Shown here: positions 10,772-24,080 of the stretch, one piece after another | How the letters are laid out: each line of letters opens with the position of its first letter | Position numbering within the stretch: position 1 is the first letter of the stretch | Assembly (NCBI GenBank): GCA_965655095.1 | Contig: OZ296650.1 | Coordinates: 83,514,001-83,578,000 of the forward strand | Source of the DNA: Haplodiscus bocki | Taxonomy: Eukaryota | DNA: 64,000 bases | Direction: 5' to 3' | Position numbers and translations under genes: made by a program | Notes under the pieces: generated by a model | The model's database searches: none | Told to the model about the DNA's origin: nothing | Seen by the model: the letters and a program-made list of their open reading frames with translations, nothing else

Positions 10772-13445
10772 TTAGTCTGCCGCAGCTTTTTCAACCTCAG
10801 CATTACCGACAGCGCCTTTCCACCTTCGGCCCGATAAAGAACTTACGAGAACAGATTGTTCCGCAGAATTTTTAGCGATGCCACTTTCGATTATTTGTTG
10901 TTGCTTCGATGTCAGTCTGGCAAACAGTGTACTGGCACTCATATACAGCACAACAGATTGCGCAACCACATCGCCAGTAATACACACTGCTGACATATCC
11001 AATGCGAGGCTATTAAAACTGCGCACACTCGGATTCTGACAAGGTGATGACCGGCAAGAGTTACCAGTCGGTCTCGCGTTGACATTGACTCGTGGATCAC
11101 TTGCACCAAGGATGGTGGAACAAAAACGGATGCAGCAACTCCCCATTAAAGTAATTCCCATCACAATTGAGGACTGTCAGACCTTCAATGTAGTCTACCA
11201 CTCCAAGTGTTTCGTCCTCGGAAACGAGGATTAAATGGAACCGGTTCAACAAACAAAGCAAGCTTTCCAAACTCTTTCTGAAGTCAAGCGTTTTCAATCC
11301 ATCGTCCATTCCTAGCCACAGCTCCGTTAAGTCTGTCATGTAGGAAGAGTAAGTCCCATGACATCAGCAAATTCATGTAGAAGACTGTGTATTGAGTTAC
11401 CGGCTAGCTGACGTCAACATCACACAGCACTTTTTTGCCAAATCGCAGCCAAACTTGAGGACAAAGCAGTTGAACTCTTAGCCACCACGCTCCAGATAAA
11501 CTCGGGACAAAAAGACATCATTGCCCCGTATGTACCCAGTGGCTTCGCAGACAAGTGGCCAGTCTCCACATTCTAGTCTTCATTGGAGAACTGTTTTGCC
11601 AGGAAAAAGTGGGTCAGACCAGCTATTGATACAGCCAAAAAACGCGCCGAAATTTCTCTGACAGACGATTCTCCAATTTTGTTTTGAAGGGAAAATCTTC
11701 TACAGTCCAGACAAGTAAGGGATGACGATTTACAGATTTCGGTGGAATAGAGGAGTTTTTGCCGTTTTACTCCATAACTGCCGTCTCGAGTCTTTTTTAT
11801 TGCGACTGCATGTACCAATCTCAACTCCCAACCTGGCAAGCGGTCACACATTTTCCTTCAACTGAAAAGGTGGACACAAGTTTGATAAAGGTTGATTGCC
11901 AAGACTCACAAATACACCCAACAACCGAATAGCCACCGGATTGCTGGACGGGCGCAAACAATAAATTTCCACAAACGCACCCCACCCCCAAGTGAGCGCA
12001 GCACAGTTATTGATTGATCGGCTCAACTTTGGTAAAAATTGCTAGTAGTACACGCAACGTGTGATGCTTGACCAAATAGCTTTTTCTGTCATCAGTCACG
12101 ACCACACCCTCCTCGATCTGGACAAGACTGTCAGACAGGTACAGAAAGAAGTGGTACGAGTTGTCGGAAACCTCTTGCAAATCCCATACACCTCACCGAA
12201 GGAAACGGAACCACTCGTCATGCACCAATATACGCAACAACACAAGGCAGTAAAATTTATACATTGATCCTAGCAACTCGGTGCACTGAACCAACCCAGC
12301 ATGAAACACCGGGTCATTACACCAACGTTAACAGAAAAACAATCATATCCGAGTCCAAAACGGCAATCACTTCAAAATACACTTTGTTCGTGCTGATGGG
12401 AGGCACACCCATAGCCAGTCCCCAATACAATTTCTCAGTGTCGTGGTAGTTACCATCTGTAGTGCGTCTCTGATCATTTGTATGTCCCAGTAATTCAAAA
12501 CCAGAGCAATTCGTACGAACACGTTGTTTATGAGCACACACAGGAAGTCGACGACATGATCAAAAACGAGACCCATGAGCTTGGGAGTCACCTTAGAAAA
12601 CGCAACAAAGCAAGCCAAACACTGCAGCATCTTTTGCTCTAAAGATACAGAGTGCTTCATTGTGCCAATCGGGATTGACCGGTCAAGAAAGTCTGTCACG
12701 AAATGCAGACTCGCAACCACCTTGACAACTGCCAGCCCCAAGTGATGAGCAACACTCCATTTCGCTTTCATGTAGTCAGAAAAGCTTCCACCACATATGG
12801 GAAGACTCACAACAATACCATGCTCTAAGCAGCAACAGACACGAAAAAACACAGTCAACCAATGAGATGGCCTAACCATAGAAGACCACAAAGGTTTTAA
12901 TTTCTCTTTTTTTTTCTTTTAATCCACTTTTCTTTTTTCCCTTCCTAACCTGGAAAATTACATACCTTACTCCACAGCTGAGGAACTCGCGACTCCAGTA
13001 AAGTTTGCCCACAGGTGAGAGTCCGCTACACATTTCCACTCGGAAAAGTCATAGGTCATCGATACAAGCCACAAAAATTGTAGATGTTTAATTAGGACCC
13101 CCCCCGCCGAAAAATTTGCCACGCATTATCTATAATTCATCAAACACATACGCAATAGTACCTATATGACACAACGCTTGATCCCTAAGAACATGCTTGA
13201 AACAACGCACACTCAACAACGTCGCTTTGATATTGTCCGGACAACACATGACAGTGTCGATCTGAGACGCGCTGACGAAACTGTCCAGAAAATGACAACC
13301 CACAGATCGCCTTTAGCTGTTTTGGACATCGTCGCATCCGTTGTTTGAGCCTCCTTCTTTGCAGTTTCGCCAGCAATCACCTCCTCCTCACTAAAAGGAC
13401 ACATGGATTCCACGCTGACTGGGGGAAACTTTGCCACTAACACCT
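10772..13445 (-). pseudogene. Antisense accessory gene relic B/C (~2.5 kb, Cys/Trp-rich, unknown function), probably with one 94-nt intron
   Basis: Chain of protein-like minus-strand frames (13213-13443, 12317-12541, LLRILVHDEWFRFLR.GVWDLQEVSDNSYHFFLYLSD, 11844-12026, 11097-11339, C-terminal RCGCAICCAVYEC). GTATGT at 12965-12960 and AG at 12873-12872. TATAAAAG upstream at 13648-13641. Confidence 0.5.
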
Positions 13446-13640
13446 CTTTTCTTGAATGCTACGCAGTCCCAGCAAGTTCAATAATCTTGTTGAGTAAAAG
13501 CAAGCCGTTCGCCACTCTGTACTGGATCACAATCAACTGAGTGTGCTTACTCTTCCAGTTTCAAGAAAAACGTAGAGCCCCAGATTGTGGATCATGAGGT
13601 CTTGTGAACACGGACGGCACAAAGCGAGAAGCGAACCCGT

Positions 13641-13648
13641 CTTTTATA
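13641..13648 (-). promoter_or_regulatory. Candidate TATA box for antisense gene B/C
   Basis: TATAAAAG on the minus strand in the gap ~200 bp upstream of the antisense coding stretch. Confidence 0.35.
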
Positions 13649-13887
13649 TGTTTCTCACACGGAAAAACTGAAAAAGACTTGCGATTCCCTTAATGAATTA
13701 CTGCGTGTTCAACTTCAACTTTCAAGGACGTTGAAACAGATCACGCACACTAGATAACGGGAACTTTCCGCTACAGCAAACTTATTATTTCGATTGAACC
13801 ATTAAGACATGACACAGTACAGATTCGAAAACGGCAGAATTAACAATAACTACTCGAAAAACACAACTCTACACATGGTCTTGAAAT

Positions 13888-14690
13888 TTACTTACATGTT
13901 TTCTGCTTCTCGGATACACCTCCAAGAACCAAGTTAGACACAGCTGGCCCACTAGATAGAGCAGCTGCTGGCCCGAAGTTCGATGGCAACGGCGCTGGCT
14001 CTTGGCCTACATCCTCTACAGACAACTGCAAAGAAGTTCCAACACTGAGATCAAGAACTTGAACCGAGGCTTCACGGAAAATGGTCTGGATGATGAACTC
14101 AAAGGCTTCCATCGATATACCAGACATTGGCATTTTACCATCAGTGTGCCCAACAATCAACACGGATGACCAAAAGTTTACAAGCACATGACACCCTACA
14201 CCCGATCAGCTCACCGGAAAACAAAATGTTATTCAACGAACCAATGCACACGTCGTACATTTGTTTCGCCAGAGACTCGAATATGCACTTTTCGTCATCC
14301 CAACCTTCGCTCGAGCTCACCAGAGCACCAGCAAGTGATGGAGAGGCTGCACTCGAAGAAGGGTACCTAAAACAGAACGCCAACAGTGAATACCGCGACT
14401 AAAAATCATTGCACCCTACACCCACACCTTTCCCGCAACCCTTTAGAATACAACAGAAGACACTTGCTGACAGGACAAGGTGTCACCACTCTGAACAGTT
14501 CATCATCCAGCCATGCTGCTCGTGCTAAATCACAGCATGGCCCTGACATCTCCACGTCTCCCTCAACCACCTTTTCAGCTGACACAGTCGGTACCGCCTC
14601 CACAAAATCTTCATTGCCATTCTTTACTGAGGACACAGCTGAACCGACGGGCAGAGCAGACATTTCAAAAAAAATCGGGATCAATTTTGG
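13888..14690 (-). pseudogene. Antisense accessory gene relic A (unknown function)
   Basis: Adjacent or overlapping ORFs 14406-14684, 14141-14383 and 13888-14187 form one frameshifted coding stretch that ends at a canonical GTAAGT (13895-13890). Confidence 0.45.
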
Positions 14691-15671
14691 ATGTCCGCAG
14701 AATTGTGAGACCCTAAAACTTCACTACTACGACAAAATATTTGGATTTGATCAACGTCATAATACATTATCAAGTGAACGCTACCACTGGTCATAAATAT
14801 ATAAAGTGATTTGTATACCATCAACTAGCCGGAAAGAGTTTTAAAAATTCAACCCTAGGTTGAACTGCGCAAGTCTTTTACACCTCTGTGACCACCCTGA
14901 AAATTCAAATTGATACGATCGACGCAGCACAATCACGACGATCACGAACTGGAAAAATGTGTCAGCGAAATTTTTCCTGCAGTTCTCACATTTCCGCTGA
15001 AAGTTCCACAAGTTTTGTGTTATTTAAAAAAAGTGAATGCTACATCCAACACACAAACCAGCTGCCAAGAAAGTGCGATCAAGAATGCAGCAAACTTCTA
15101 AGATCTGCACACGACAGAACTGTGTAGCTCAAATCCGTTAATTTCATTTCTTTGTTCAGATGATGAACTGGCCGAACCGGCTGCAAAAAAGAGCTAGCGT
15201 CCCGAAGAGTTGCAGGAAATGGTTCTTTACAGCCGTTTCCTCCTGCCTTAATTAATTGACATGACGCCCATGTAGAGATGTTGGAACCAAACCGACGCCT
15301 TACCCTCTTTTAATTCCACATTTCTTTGGTTGAAAGTCGACGGTAAAACAAATCTCTCACCTAGTAGAACAGAGTTTGAAAAACTAGCATTATTTCCCCA
15401 TTTTCTGCTTGAAACAATGACAAACTGGTAATGACGATAACCGCGTGGCGCCAAATAGCCATCTTGATCCAGACAAGATGGAGCCGACAGACAATTAAAA
15501 GAACACTCGTTTGCCCAGCAAAAATGTAACTAAAAAACACCCTCCAGTACAACTTAGAGCTAATAGGGGAACCACCTTGACCCTGAGAACAAACGAAGGC
15601 CCCTGATAACCCAAAAAAGTCAGCACCCAGGCACATTAAGACTTTTCACCTTCAATTTATTTCTTCTTTCT

Positions 15672-15684
15672 GGAAAAGGGGGAG
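15672..15684 (+). promoter_or_regulatory. Polypurine tract
   Basis: GGAAAAGGGGGAG immediately followed by TGTCATG (LTR start). Confidence 0.85.
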
Positions 15685-16936
15685 TGTCATGCTCGCATGA
15701 AGTAAGTAAATCTCCATACAAAACAAAATGCCAATGTCTCATGTCCTATTATGAGGATCTGACTCTGAGTAATATAACATAGTAGATGAATGTTCAAAGC
15801 TGCAAACGATATGAACCGATATAAAGACCAAAATGTAAAATTAAATCCTCCTTCACGATTTGAACAAAATTCCGTTTCTTGAATTTTGGAAAAAGATACA
15901 AAGAAAGAAACCAGTTGATTAGGTCGAAAAATCCACACCCAAAACAACGAATGGGAAAGCCTACACATGCACCTAGTCATAAATAGGACAGAAAAAAAAA
16001 CGATTTACAAAACACCTTTTACCAAAGGCAACAAGTGTACAACCAAATATGTGACAAAGTAGGGAACGAATTTCTCTGTGAAATCTTCTGCTGACCATTT
16101 TGAACAAAAGTTCAGCTGAATGAAGCTCAGAACTCGGAATATTGCGATCACTACACTGTCCGCGTCCCAGCCTAATCAAGTGTGCAGACGAACCGAGATG
16201 AGCGGGATACTTGAATGTAACGAAACTTTCACATCTGATTAAATTGTGTACCGAATCACTCACGTGGACAAACTACAAAAAAACAACAAAATCGAAAGAC
16301 AGATCCACCAACCAAAATGATAGATAAAGATGAGCCTAATGAACGATGAGAGAAGAAAGTACCAAAAAAACTGGAAAAAATTGAACGTGAAAAATCTGTG
16401 GTAAAATCAGATCTTCGGGAGATAGTAATACGAAATCCAAAACTCCAAACTGCTTTTCATGTGTGAAATTATTAGCTTGGCGATGTAATACACGTTTTTT
16501 GTTCCTCTGTTTTGCTGACAATATTTTGAATTATGACTTTTTTTACCGAAACATCCACTGCTACATCAAATAATTCGTTTGTAAAAGTGCGAATGTGCAA
16601 TATCAGACAGTGGTAATTCCGAAAACCAGTGACCGGGTGCTCAGGCGGTCATGTTACCAGTTATAATTCCACTCAATGAGAGGCCATAACAAGGACAGCC
16701 CAACCTAGCAACCAGTCTTTTTTTAATATCCAACCGGAACGTTGCGCTAGAGCGCCAATCATTTCTTTATAAATCTACTTTGCATATGCCTAGTCCTACT
16801 GTTTATTCCCAGAATTTTTAAATTTTCAAATGGAATATTTGGAAAAAATTCAACCTTGAAACCATTACTTCCTTTTTCTCACACAATTTGCGCCGGTAGG
16901 AAGATAATGTCCTGCATTCTATGTGTCCACATGACT
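15685..16936 (+). repeat. 3' LTR (right end approximate; may be truncated)
   Basis: TG start after the PPT; collinear similarity to the 5' LTR up to ~16910; CATGACT at 16930-16936 may be the decayed inverted terminus. Confidence 0.75.
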
Positions 16937-17239
16937 GTTTTAGTTTTGTCGCAACTTTTTCTCCAACGTGAACCAAACTAGCGCACATCCTTTAACGTGA
17001 TCGCAATTGGCAAACATCTGGTAAAAAACGCATCATCTGAGTATGTGATTTTCCTTCCATTTTTCAAATATGGTCGGGAATTTTTGAACAAAAGGTAAGC
17101 AAAATGACGACACAGCGAAGTTTTCGAATTAGTTGGCGCTCGAAAGAAGTGCATGAAAACGAAATGTATAGCTGAGAGCAACTTCGTAGCACGCGAAACT
17201 CTAGAAACAAAAAAACCAAAAAAAAAACAAAATATTTTT

Positions 17240-18220
17240 ATGAGAGCTTTTTTATTTCACTGAAAGCCCCGAATGTCTCAAGATCATCGTAATCACAATT
17301 GAAAAATAACTCAATAAGCTAACCAGTTAGGTCATGAGCTTCATCGTTATTGTTTAGTTCGTCAAGTTCAACTGTGATTCGCTAGTTATTTCAAGGAAAG
17401 ATTTCCCTGAAGCATGAAAAACAAATTCGGGAACTTCTGCAGAGTGTGAAGTCCAATGAAATCTTTCACGTTTCCTCAATGAGAAGTAAAAAAAATTTAT
17501 TGTTTGCGTTTGAGTAAGTCGTGCTTCACTCAGTATGTAGTATTAACTTGATATAAATTAGTTCTAGCTCTAAAAGTGTTAACAAACAATGTGAGAAGTC
17601 AAATTTTTGAAAAGTTTCAGCCAAAAAACTATGGAGGCGGAAAAACTTTGGAAGAGTTTTAGGCAGTCTTCATACCCAAAATGTTTCTGAATTGTATCGG
17701 TAAACTCTTCCCCCGATGTCCCACCGGCTGTGAGACATGAGGGTTCTCTAAAAAGTTTATGTTAGATGTCACAAAATTTGCGAACAGGCTGACGTGAAAA
17801 CTAAAGAGAGAAAAAACATCAAAAAATCGACATCAGAGCTTTCTGGGTTCACTCGAAGCCACAAAAGCAAAAAAAGCAAAAAGTCGACAAAAGGGGCTTT
17901 CGCGTTTCACTCGATGCCCTAAAAGCCTCAAATTGGTCTTCTTCACATCTGAAACCGACTTCAATAAATTAAAATCAGGCCATGAGCTTCATTGTTGTCA
18001 TTCAGTTCGTCACATTCAACTATTTTTCGTAAATTTTTCCAAGCGAAAAGTTTGTCCGTTGCATGAGAAACACTTTAGAGGGACTCTTAAGGAGTGCGAT
18101 GCCCAATGGAAACGTTTCTTGCCGCTTCCCCAATAAATGATTTGTAGTCTTAGATTGTTTTTATTTGAGCCTGCAAGTAAATGGTGTTTCACTCACCCGT
18201 TTAGTTTTCATTTGATATGA
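17240..18220. repeat. Diverged direct duplication (~320-bp blocks 17240-17560 and 17890-18220)
   Basis: Shared anchors in the same order: gcttt...tttcact, catgagcttcat.gtt, agttcgtca..ttcaact, gcatga.aaaca, gagtg.ga.g.ccaatg, ttcactca, ttgatat. Confidence 0.75.
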
Positions 18221-21200
18221 CCAGGCACCGTATTGCAGTTTCACAAAAACCGAAAAACTTCGATAATTCTCGACCAACGCTTTTAGCGAACGGCGAGGAG
18301 AACTTCTCTACCTCCGGGTGTGTACGTATAGTATGTCGGCTAGAGACAAAATCGATGAGACTATTTTTCGACTTCATTTCTTCCTAATGTAGTTACTGGA
18401 ACCGTTCAAGTTTTCTCCTGCTATTTTTGGTGGAAAGTTGTAGTAGGAATGACTTTTTAAAACAATTCATAAAACACGCCATTTTGCTGCCCATATCACT
18501 ACAAATGAAAATTTCTGGCGATGTTGAAAAAAGAAACATTGAACCTGACTAAACTGGAATTTAGCGGTCCGAAAATCAATTACCACAGAACGAGGGTAGA
18601 AGCGGAATCAAATCTCGAACACTGATGTATACAACATTAATGAAAAAGTCCTTTTGAACTTCTTTGAGACCGCTAATCTCCATCTGAAGAAAAGCAAGAG
18701 CATACTCAACTGTTGAAAGTGTCCCATATACAAAATCTTGCATAATGATACCAAAATAACTTTTGCTCAAAAGTTCATGAACGAGAAACACTGTCTTTGG
18801 CATTTATGGATCTGTTTTAGCCCACCATTTTCACGTTTCTGGGGCAATCTTAACAGGAGGAGTAATTTTACAATTTTATTAGCCGACTTCATTGTTTCAA
18901 ACGACCTCAGAACTAGTTGTGTTTCTCATTGAATGCGTCTTTTATGTTCACTACCACTTCCATTTTTTGACAAAAATGTTTCCTGCTCTGAAGAACATCT
19001 ACTTGTTTCTCCCAACACTATTCAAACGTCAATGGAGGCAATTCCTGCACAACAAATACCGTGACCCTGGCAACGTATATGGGACTTTTCTTCTCAAGTG
19101 TGGGTTTCTGAAACGACAGAGGGCGTTGGCTATGAAAAAACTGGCATGTTTCAGTTTATCTTCTGTAATTCTCGAAAACACCTTCCGAAAGCAAAATCTT
19201 TCATCACAATAGTGTTGAGATCAAAAAGTGGGACGTACACAAACGATGGCAAAGAAATCTAAACAGTAAAAATAGGATTTAAAACATTGGCAGTCGAGGC
19301 TCAGTGCCAGGTTCGCGGGAACAGCTTATAAGATAAACAAAAAAACCATGATATCCCTCTCAAATGAAACCTTGGAAGATCACGTACATAACTTGAGACG
19401 AAGACTTCAGAAAGTATTTGAAAGACATCGAGTTTCAGTTTTTCGGAGAAATCCGATCAGAAACTAACAATGTTTGCAACAAAAACTTAGTTTGAGAAAC
19501 AAGTGAGCTTCCTTTTTATTGCAAAGCCAAACTCATTTAATTTTCAGTACTGGCTTCTAGGATGTAGGACTAAAAATTTATCAAAAACTGAAATGGTCAA
19601 AAATCCAAATTCCGAAGTCTATTTTGTTCAAAGTAAATGAAAAGCTTACTGATCGCAACGCCAGAAAAGTAAAACAATTGGAGCTTCCTCGATGCATTAG
19701 AGGAAAATCTAAATGGTTTTTAGGCGGAGCCAGCCCCAGGAAATCAAATTGAACAAAAATCTCAAAAATCAGAAAAACATCTTCAGTCAGGTTCTCTTGA
19801 CTGGCAACTTTTTGAACTCAACCACAAGCCTTTAATGAAACAGCTTCAATAATCGAAAAATTGGGCCATTTCTCGGTTTATCTTCCCGGACTTGTTTTGG
19901 GAACTGATGATAGACGTTCAGAAAAGCCTAAGTTTTCGCCCATTTCTAGGTTCATTTGTTTAGAAAACTATGAAAAAAATCTGCATTGGATCACCGCAAC
20001 CAAACCGTAAAAGACAAATGACCTTGTTTTTTTCTTTAGTCTGGCAGAAGGAGTAGTCTTCTTTGATTCTGTTCCAGTATAGAAAAAATCAAATAGACAA
20101 CATGTTTTCAGACATCTTGTCTTTCACGAACTTTACAGAGACCGACAACGAAGAAAACATTGAAAAAGAAACGAAAAAGAACTACAATCTCACAATTGGG
20201 AGTCCTTAATTGTAGCTATAATAAATTCGATTAAGTTGTGGACGTTGGTGTTGTAAAGAATTGACAAACGTATTTTCACCAACACCGTGAAAAACATTCA
20301 TGAGGAACCACTTTCTTATGCCACTGGAAATTGAATGTCCGTATAATTTATTCCTTTTGAACAAAGGACTACAATTTGCCAGCTCAATTTTGAGAATCTT
20401 TTTGAATGAAAAACTTTCCCAGAACCTTTGTGACTGCAGCAAGACTTCAATTTCTGGCGAAACCCGATTTTTTTTGTTAAGGTTTTACAAAAAGGAAGTA
20501 AAATGAACACCTATCAAGTCAACTATCATCAAAAAAGCCAAGTCTAGCTCAATTTCAAGTCCCGTTTGAATAAAAACTATCAAAACTTGTAAAAGTCCAG
20601 CCAACATTTAGTACGTGACAGACCGTAGTCTTTTTGCAAAGCCTGTGCAATAATTCAGGCTGTTTGAAGCCCTAAAAGGAAAAGTGCTCGACTGTTAAGT
20701 TGACAGAAGTATCAAAGTAGCAAAAAAGTCTACTTTCAGGCTTATACGGCAACAAATTTGTTTGAAAATGGCAAACTAAATAAAGAGTTTTTTTATTATA
20801 CCGGAGATTTTTCATTTGCTTTTCAAAGTGAAGTGATTTGGAGCCATTTTTTGGAAGGGGAAAACAACTTGAAAGATGGAAAATTGTCGAATTAGCCAAA
20901 CGTATTTTGTTTTTAGACTTTTTCCGCAAAAATAACATGCGAAAGTAACGGAATGCTGCCAAAACTGTGTTTGCGGTTGATTAGAGTTTGGTGGTTTTGC
21001 ATCTACGAAGAACCAAAAACTCCGCCGGATAGTTGAAAAATCAAGGACCCTCAAACAAAAATTTGCGTTTAGAGTGAAATGGTTTTAAAAAAAATGCCTC
21101 TGAATTATCCAGTGAGGATGTCTAAAAGCCTCTGCTTCGTTTTTGAGCCACCCCTCTGATAACTGTTATCAGAACTTAATCGCATTTTTTTTCGAACCTC

Positions 21201-21842
21201 AGGCGTGCGCTTGTCGTTCAGTTTGTATTTTACCGTTGAGTGGTTTTTCCGTTTTGTATATGCGTTCGAAAAACCAAAAAAACCTGAGTTCACCCCAGCC
21301 TGGATATGCTTCGACTTTTTGTCCAAAAACCCTGTCAGATCCGCCGAACATTCAATGCTAAGAACTAATTAGTGTACAAAAAACCTTAATAGAAAAACAA
21401 ATGGCATATATGGGTTCTCGAAGCGCTGTAGCAAATCCATTTCTTTGTCAATACCACCTGCTCTTCAAAAAAAAACGATGAAAACATCAGAACCAAAAAG
21501 TTAGGCAAGGAGCGAGAATACTCGAGCTAGAAGAAAATTGATAAAAAAGCGAAGCGAGTTTCGGCGGCCAGGACAACAAGAACGTCATGGATATTGCTCT
21601 GTGTAGACACTTACTGTCTTGACGGCACGAAAAAGAACTTTTTCGACGAAAATGCTACAGAAGTCCGGCACATTTTTCAGTTTCTTTTTACTTCGTTTTC
21701 TGTTCAACTGAAAGTGTTGTCGCAAACTTGTTTGAAAAAGTAAAAGAACAATTATATGGCAAAAAGTGCGAAACTAAATTATTTCGCTGACGGTGTAACA
21801 CCAAAGTTAGCCTTGTTTTGCAAAATGGTTAATAAATATAGG

Positions 21843-22200
21843 AGTAGTTAGAACATGAGCTGAGCAGTTGCGGTGGGGTTGATGACCCTGGATGTCCTGA
21901 GATCGGCTTTAGACCTTAGACTTCGACCCGAGTTGGGTAATTAACCTAAGTTTTAGGATAGGCTATAGTTCATCAGTGTATTAAAGTGAGGTATGCTTCT
22001 GTTGTGTAATATGATTGGGTATAATTTAGCAATGATTTAAGATCCTTCGACAGTATATTGCGAAAGGGTCTAGTCGAAGCGAAACCAGCGTCATACAAAG
22101 AAGGGCCACGTTTTAGGATAATGTCTTAGTACATGGTTGTGCAAAGCGTAAAAAAAAGACTGTTGGGTTAATTGAGACTCATTCTCGGCACTTTAACGCT
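21843..22200 (+). repeat. Left TIR of Polinton 1 with decayed 28-bp repeats
   Basis: gtggggttgatgaccctggatgt...tagacc...gagttgggtaatt matches the reverse complement of 41125-41205 and the terminus at 62524. Confidence 0.8.
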
Positions 22201-22469
22201 ATTTCCAGAAATTTATCAATTCTGTGGATGCCCATATACGGGAGAGTTCTTTTGTGCCCGGGAGTTTTTATAGCTTCCACGGAAACTTCATTTCTCCTAT
22301 GAAACATTTATTAGGCCTAAGGTTAATTATCACGTCTCCAGATACAATTGTGATGAGATACGTTGCAGATACCTTCTGTCATGTAAAAAGATTGTATGAA
22401 ACTCTTTGAGAATTAATTAGAGGGTACAAGTTTTAACGAAATTTTATTTATCCTGAACATTTACAATGA

Positions 22470-22825
22470 AGAGTAAAAAGATCCTATGTAATTAATTAAA
22501 AATGAGAGTAACTTGAGTTCGCTTCAGATATCGTTTAGAAAGCACAGACGGTGCGACGGGACTTTGGTGGTCCTGGCATCAACTGTTTCTAGTGCTGCCT
22601 GAGTAAAATAATTTTCACGTCCTAGAGAGTTTTCGAATTGAAACTCATGGCATGTGTTTGCAACCCTTAACCGACGCTCACAATGAAGAATGCTGGGTTG
22701 CGTACTTATTGTGGCAAAAATATCATTGAAAATATTTGAAACATATTCTCAAAGGAAAGATCCAAAGTGCCCAGACGTCAATAGAAGGTAACGGTTGACT
22801 GTTTGCTTGAAAACAACATTATTTG
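22470..22825 (-). pseudogene. Adenain-like cysteine (maturation) protease relic
   Basis: HFGSFL*EYVSNIFNDIFATISTQPSILHCERRLRVAN...QFENSLG, a decayed form of G.FP.D...I.NT......GEHW...F.DSLG. Confidence 0.7.
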
Positions 22826-22827
22826 TT

Positions 22828-24080
22828 TCAGGTTTTCTTCCCAAAAACAACAATCATGTCGACGGCAGTCGAAGCTATTCATTCACTCAATTTAATGTGT
22901 TCAGTCACGTGTTTCGGAAGAAAAATAGAGCTGACTCGAGTCTCAGTGGTTCTTCAACTAGATTTGTGTGATAACGATATTCAGTAGTATATCAAATTGG
23001 AGTCAAATAAAACACTAGTACTTGTATATATTTGAAATTGTCAATTGGATTCCAAGGGATATCATCTCGAAAGTTCATTGTTTTTTTTGTTGTAACTTAC
23101 GAGCAACCTTCTTCAGGATCATGAAGGTCTGCAGTTGGCTAACCTCGTTCGAAGGTTAATTTTTTTTCACGAAACTGCTCTTACCAGTTTGGTTTTTATA
23201 TGTACAATCCAATGAATGCATAGTCTGTAATCTTTGCAACCGCGATCCGACATTTTTGATCATTGTTAAACACGTTTTCTTGAACATACGGGTTTTGTCG
23301 TGCAGAAGTTACGAAATCTTTGGTACGGTCTCCGGAAAGTGAACTCCACAAAACTATACATCGATGTCCCTGATAGCAATAGGACGAATGTAAAGCAAAA
23401 AATCAACAATTCCAGAACTCGCATTTTGTAGAAAGCAACTCTGGCGGCTCTGAAACAGTGAAACCTATTTTCCAGTTTTGGATCTAATATTTCGGAAGCG
23501 GAGAAAAATATAACCAAAAGTACCCTACAACCTGAAGCCACAAGGCCCACTAAGGAATTTCTTTCTCGTTGTGTGAAAGGGGTCAGACAAGGGTGCTTTC
23601 ATAATCTCATCAGCAGGTTTTTCATAAATATTCTCTTTGCAGTGAACTGGTCCTTTGTATTCAGAGATTGATCCAGTGAATCTTTTGAAATTGTAGAATT
23701 GTGCAAATGCAATTCATTAGACTTGAGTAATTCCTGTTTCTTCAGATACAAATCAACATTGGAAAAAATGGGTTGAAAAATTTGATTACAAGAGTAAACA
23801 GAGGAGATGGAGCATCTTCCAATGTTGTTTCTGCCATAAGTTTGTGACTCGTTTCTGCTGTAGCTTCTTTTGAGTCTTCTTGAACCTCTGTGATATTTTT
23901 TGTATCGTAATTTTGAGATTTGATTCAGTTCTCACTTCCTTAAAGTCTGTCTAATCTTAACGTAATAGTTCCAATCCGAATGAAACTCAAATATCATTGA
24001 GTGTAGCAGTGACATGAATGTCTTGTTGGCGGAGACAAGACATCCCCAACTAAGGTGATTGTCCCTCCAAGGTTTCCAGA
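22828..24080 (-). pseudogene. Major capsid protein (double jelly-roll) relic
   Basis: IFEFHSDWNYYVKIRQT (IEF.....Y.DL), EYKGPVHCK, IFFSASEILDPKLENRF (D.F....L...., R), DIPWNPIDNF, EPLRLE near the C-terminus; size ~1.25 kb. Confidence 0.75.

Larger units (their letters stand above)
1..16936 (+). mobile_element. Large degenerate Ty3/Gypsy LTR retrotransposon (~17 kb including nested insertion)
   Basis: Paired homologous LTR-like blocks (1-654 plus 2590-~3160 match 15685-~16910), PBS-like motif at 3485, PR-RT-RH-IN order typical of Gypsy, PPT directly before the 3' LTR TG. Confidence 0.85.

Noticed and set aside
18250-21830. Host gene exons or a continuation of Gypsy pol across the Polinton insertion
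   Set aside because: No recognisable motifs or consistent frames on either strand.
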